From contig JAYGFR010000103.1 of NCBI GenBank assembly GCA_046581755.1, forward strand, positions 16,869 to 80,868: 64,000 nt of DNA, read 5' to 3'. The notes under the pieces were generated by a model. The model was given only the letters and a program-made list of their open reading frames with translations. It ran no database searches and was not told the origin of the DNA. Positions 61,111-64,000 of this stretch are shown here, one piece after another (the stretch's first letter is position 1; each line of letters begins with the position of its first letter). The translations under genes were made by a program, and so were the position numbers. Source of the DNA: Nitrospinota bacterium. GTDB taxonomy: Bacteria; UBA8248.

Positions 61111-62025
61111 ATGGCAAATGCCAAAATCATCGGCACCGAACACTGGACGCATCACGGAGGCGCCGATCTGTTCATCTGGAGGAAGCGGCGCGCCCATCTG
61201 AGAAAACCTGCCGGCTCGGTCATTCTCGTGCACGGCTCTTCGATGGCCTCCACCCCTTCCTTCGATCTCCAGGTGCCGGGGCGTCCTGGCCACTCCCTGA
61301 TGGATTATCTCGCCGAGCGCGGTTACGACGTTTGGTGCATGGACCACGAGGGCTATGGACGCTCCACTAAAAACAGGAAAGTTCACGCCGGGATCAAGCG
61401 GGGGGCCGAAGACCTCCTCGCCACGGCGAAATATATCCGAAAAGAAAGCGGCGCCAAAATATTCCTCATGTACGGAATCTCCTCCGGCGCGCTCCGGGCC
61501 GCCCTTTTCGCGCAAAAATATTCTCAATTCGTTCAGCGGGTCGTGCTCGACGCCTTCGTTTGGACAGGAAAGGGCAGCCCGACCCTGAAGGATCGGGCCA
61601 AGCGCTTCGCGAATTCCAAGGGCACCGACCGCCGGCCCATTCACTCAAAATTCATCCGCACCATCTTCAGCCGCGACAAGCACGCCAAGGCGGCCTCCCC
61701 GGACGTGGTCAATGCCTTCGCCGAGGCCTGCTGCGAGCTCGACGACTCGGTCCCGAACGGGACCTACATCGACATGACCCGGCGCCTCCCCCAGGTGAAT
61801 CCCCGCAAGCTCAAGGTGCCCGTCCTCATTACCCGGGGGGAGTGGGACGGCATCGCCTCCTACGAGGACCTGATGGAGTTCTTTCACCTGCTGCCCAATC
61901 CGGACAAGCAGTTCGCCGTCATGCCCGGCATCTCGCACGCCAGCCTTCAGATGAAGAATTTCGAGATCGTCTTCCATCTGATCGAGCGCTTTTTCAGCCA
62001 GCCCGCCCCGATTTTCAAGGGCTAG
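61111..62025 (+). CDS. alpha/beta hydrolase
   Basis: The start MANAKIIGTEHW follows a GAAAGGAA ribosome-binding site. The sequence has VILVHGSS, a nucleophile elbow GISSGA and VPVLITRGEWD. Confidence 0.75.
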   Translation: MANAKIIGTEHWTHHGGADLFIWRKRRAHLRKPAGSVILVHGSSMASTPSFDLQVPGRPGHSLMDYLAERGYDVWCMDHEGYGRSTKNRKVHAGIKRGAEDLLATAKYIRKESGAKIFLMYGISSGALRAALFAQKYSQFVQRVVLDAFVWTGKGSPTLKDRAKRFANSKGTDRRPIHSKFIRTIFSRDKHAKAASPDVVNAFAEACCELDDSVPNGTYIDMTRRLPQVNPRKLKVPVLITRGEWDGIASYEDLMEFFHLLPNPDKQFAVMPGISHASLQMKNFEIVFHLIERFFSQPAPIFKG

Positions 62026-62066
62026 CCAATTTTCAAGGGCTAGCCAATTGGCCAGGGCTAGCCAAT
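62013..62066. repeat. 3 x 18-bp tandem repeat containing GCTAGC and CCAATTGG palindromes
   Basis: The copies are tttcaagggctagccaat, tttcaagggctagccaat and tggccagggctagccaat. The first copy contains the hydrolase stop codon. Confidence 0.6.
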
Positions 62067-62225
62067 TGGTTGATTTGGCGACCCCGTGAGGATAGATTAA
62101 GGGCAAGCTCATCAGGGCAATATCCGACATGAAATCGCCACTCCCGAGGGGCGGCGGGCCGGGTCCGGCTCCCCCACCGGGGCCGCGCCCGATTACGGTA
62201 TTTTTTTATTAGTGAAGGAGACTCC

Positions 62226-63047
62226 ATGGACACCCAGGATTGGTACACCGTCAACGAGTTCGCGCCCGGAAGCTATCAGATCACCGAGGGGGGACGCTTC
62301 AACTTCCTCCTGCTGCTCGGCGAGGAGAAGGCCCTCGCCATCGACGGCGGAATCGGCATCGGCGACCTGCGGAAACTCTACGAAAGCATCACCGACCTTC
62401 CCATCGACTTTATTCTCACCCATACGCACTGGGACCACGTCGGCTCGGCGCACCAGTGGGACAAGGTGGGCGTGCATCCGGCCGGGAAGGATTTGCTGGC
62501 GCCGGATCTCAGCAAACAGACCCAGGGTTTTGTGAAAATGTGGACGGGAAACGGAAACTCGTTCCCGGACTGGTTCGACGCGGAAAATTACACGATCCCG
62601 CCCGCCACCTTCGGCTGGACGCTCCAGGAGGGCGACACCTTCGACCTGGGCGGGCGGAAATTCCGGGTCTTCGACACCCCGGGCCACTCGCCGTGCAGCA
62701 TTTCGCTCTACGATGAGCGGGAAAAAATCCTGGTCTCGGGCGATCTCATCCGTTGCGAGGAGTACCTCTTCCTCCAGGTGCCAACGGCGGTGCTCTCCGA
62801 CTATCCGCCCTCGCTTCGAAAGATGGAAAAGCTCGCCTCCGAGGTCGAGGTCAAATGGATCACCTCGGGGCACACCCCGCCCTACGGCGACCCCTCCATC
62901 ATCGGCGAACTCGCCCAGCAGATGGAAGAGTTCGAGGCCGGCAAGCACGACCCGCCCAAAAAGGTGGACGGCGGGATGTGGGGAGAAGTGGACGAGTACG
63001 AATTCCCCCGCGTCAAGGTCTGGATTCAGGATCACGCGCGCAAATAG
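62226..63047 (+). CDS. MBL-fold metallo-hydrolase
   Basis: The sequence contains ILTHTHWDHVGSAHQWD...FDTPGHSPCSISLYD. It is preceded by a GAAGGAGA ribosome-binding site. Confidence 0.85.
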   Translation: MDTQDWYTVNEFAPGSYQITEGGRFNFLLLLGEEKALAIDGGIGIGDLRKLYESITDLPIDFILTHTHWDHVGSAHQWDKVGVHPAGKDLLAPDLSKQTQGFVKMWTGNGNSFPDWFDAENYTIPPATFGWTLQEGDTFDLGGRKFRVFDTPGHSPCSISLYDEREKILVSGDLIRCEEYLFLQVPTAVLSDYPPSLRKMEKLASEVEVKWITSGHTPPYGDPSIIGELAQQMEEFEAGKHDPPKKVDGGMWGEVDEYEFPRVKVWIQDHARK

Positions 63048-63124
63048 ACGGCTACGGGCCCATGGGAGGCCGTGCATATTCCTGGCCGCCCGATTTCATG
63101 GCCGCCCGCTTTCCTGGAGAAGCG

Positions 63125-63940
63125 ATGGATACCCAAAACTGGTACGACGCTCAAGAATTCGCGCCCGGCACCTACCAGGTCACCGAGGCCGGGCGGTGGA
63201 ACATGTTTCTCTTCGTTGGCGAGAAAAAAGCCCTCGCCCTCGACGGCGGGCTCGGCGTGGGGAGTTTCCGGAAATTCTGCGAGAGCGTCACCGATCTGCC
63301 CATCGATCACGTCCTGACCCACACCCACTGGGACCATGTCGGCGCCGCCCACGAGTGGGACGCGGTGGGCGTCCATCCGAACGGCAAGGAAAAGCTCGCC
63401 AACGACTATTCGGCCGGGTGCAAGGATTTCGTCGAAACCTGGGAGGGCAAACCATTCCCCGAGGGATTCGATCCCGCTTCGTTCACCATCCCGCCCGCCA
63501 TCTTCGGTTGGGAGGTCAAAGAGGGCGACACCATCGATCTCGGCGGGCGCACCCTCCGCGTCTGGGACACCCCCGGCCATTCGCCGTGCAGCATCTCGCT
63601 TTACGAAGACCGCGAGGGCGTCCTCATCACCGGCGATCTCGTCAAGCCGGGCCAGCCCCTTTTCATCCAGGTGCCAACGGCGGTGCTCTCCCAGTACGGC
63701 CCCTCGCTTCGGGTGCTCGAAAAAATCGCCGCCGAAAACGAGGTGAAGTGGGTCTGCTCCGGCCACACCGACCCCTTCGGCGACCCCTCCGTCATCGGCC
63801 GGATGGCCGCCTTCGTCGATGATGTCGCCGCCGCTAAACTCGATCCGCCCAAAAAGGTGGAGGCCGGGAAATGGGGCGTCGTGGACGAATACGAGGCAGG
63901 GGACCTCAAAGCCTGGGTCAACGATAACGCGCGGAAATAA
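63125..63940 (+). CDS. MBL-fold metallo-hydrolase (tandem paralog)
   Basis: The sequence reads MDTQNWYDAQEFAPGTYQVTEAGRW...VLTHTHWDHVGAAHEWD...WDTPGHSPCSISLYED. It is colinear with and highly similar to the upstream copy. Confidence 0.85.
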   Translation: MDTQNWYDAQEFAPGTYQVTEAGRWNMFLFVGEKKALALDGGLGVGSFRKFCESVTDLPIDHVLTHTHWDHVGAAHEWDAVGVHPNGKEKLANDYSAGCKDFVETWEGKPFPEGFDPASFTIPPAIFGWEVKEGDTIDLGGRTLRVWDTPGHSPCSISLYEDREGVLITGDLVKPGQPLFIQVPTAVLSQYGPSLRVLEKIAAENEVKWVCSGHTDPFGDPSVIGRMAAFVDDVAAAKLDPPKKVEAGKWGVVDEYEAGDLKAWVNDNARK

Positions 63941-63961
63941 CGCGGGCGGCATTCCGCCGGG

Positions 63962-64000
63962 GAGGAGAAAGAATGAGTCCCGAGGGCTGGTTCAGGGTCG
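63962..64000 (+). CDS. 5' end of an unidentified CDS (partial)
   Basis: An AGGAGA ribosome-binding site is followed by ATG 63973 and MSPEGWFRV. The gene runs off the window edge. Confidence 0.25.

Overview
This is a high-GC (~65-70%) bacterial chromosomal segment, densely coding on both strands, with no rRNA, tRNA or CRISPR array visible. Core content:
- Pyrimidine and arginine genes: carB; a pyrR-pyrB-pyrC-carA operon on the minus strand with a candidate PyrR attenuator hairpin in its leader; a second pyrR paralog elsewhere.
- An mfd / tandem SurA-like PPIase / S4-domain protein operon.
- A RodZ-like protein, a DAHP synthase, pdxA, the CCA-adding enzyme, methylmalonyl-CoA epimerase, and three paralogous Zn-dependent quinone oxidoreductases.
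- A partial glutamate dehydrogenase at the 5' edge, not in the ORF track.

Accessory or unusual content:
1. An AT-rich (~35-40% GC) islet of about 1 kb between carB and carA. It carries an N-terminal HNH-nuclease-motif protein and a small partner ORF, and is flanked by a pair of palindromic inverted repeats and a decayed DUF559 gene.
2. A molybdenum-hydroxylase maturation-type cluster (YqeB-like, AAA_5 ATPase, VWA protein, YqeC-like, XdhC) with no hydroxylase structural genes in the window.
3. A co-directional operon: TAXI-TRAP transporter, VOC protein, 2-hydroxyacid dehydrogenase, citrate-synthase-like protein, fused aconitase-family protein, PrpF-family isomerase and a SAM methyltransferase. 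It resembles a compact AcnD/PrpF-type tricarboxylate pathway variant.
4. Five conserved genes interrupted within 64 kb: pyrB by an in-frame TGA, a VOC gene by an in-frame TAG, comF and DUF559 by single-nucleotide frameshifts, and a second VOC gene by a frameshift inside a G7 homopolymer. These are either homopolymer-biased sequencing errors or real gene decay.
5. Several short tandem or palindromic repeat clusters, a signal-peptidase-I-like protein whose catalytic Lys position carries Glu, and a cI/LexA-like regulator with a GDW (not GDS) motif next to a 250-bp AT-rich region.
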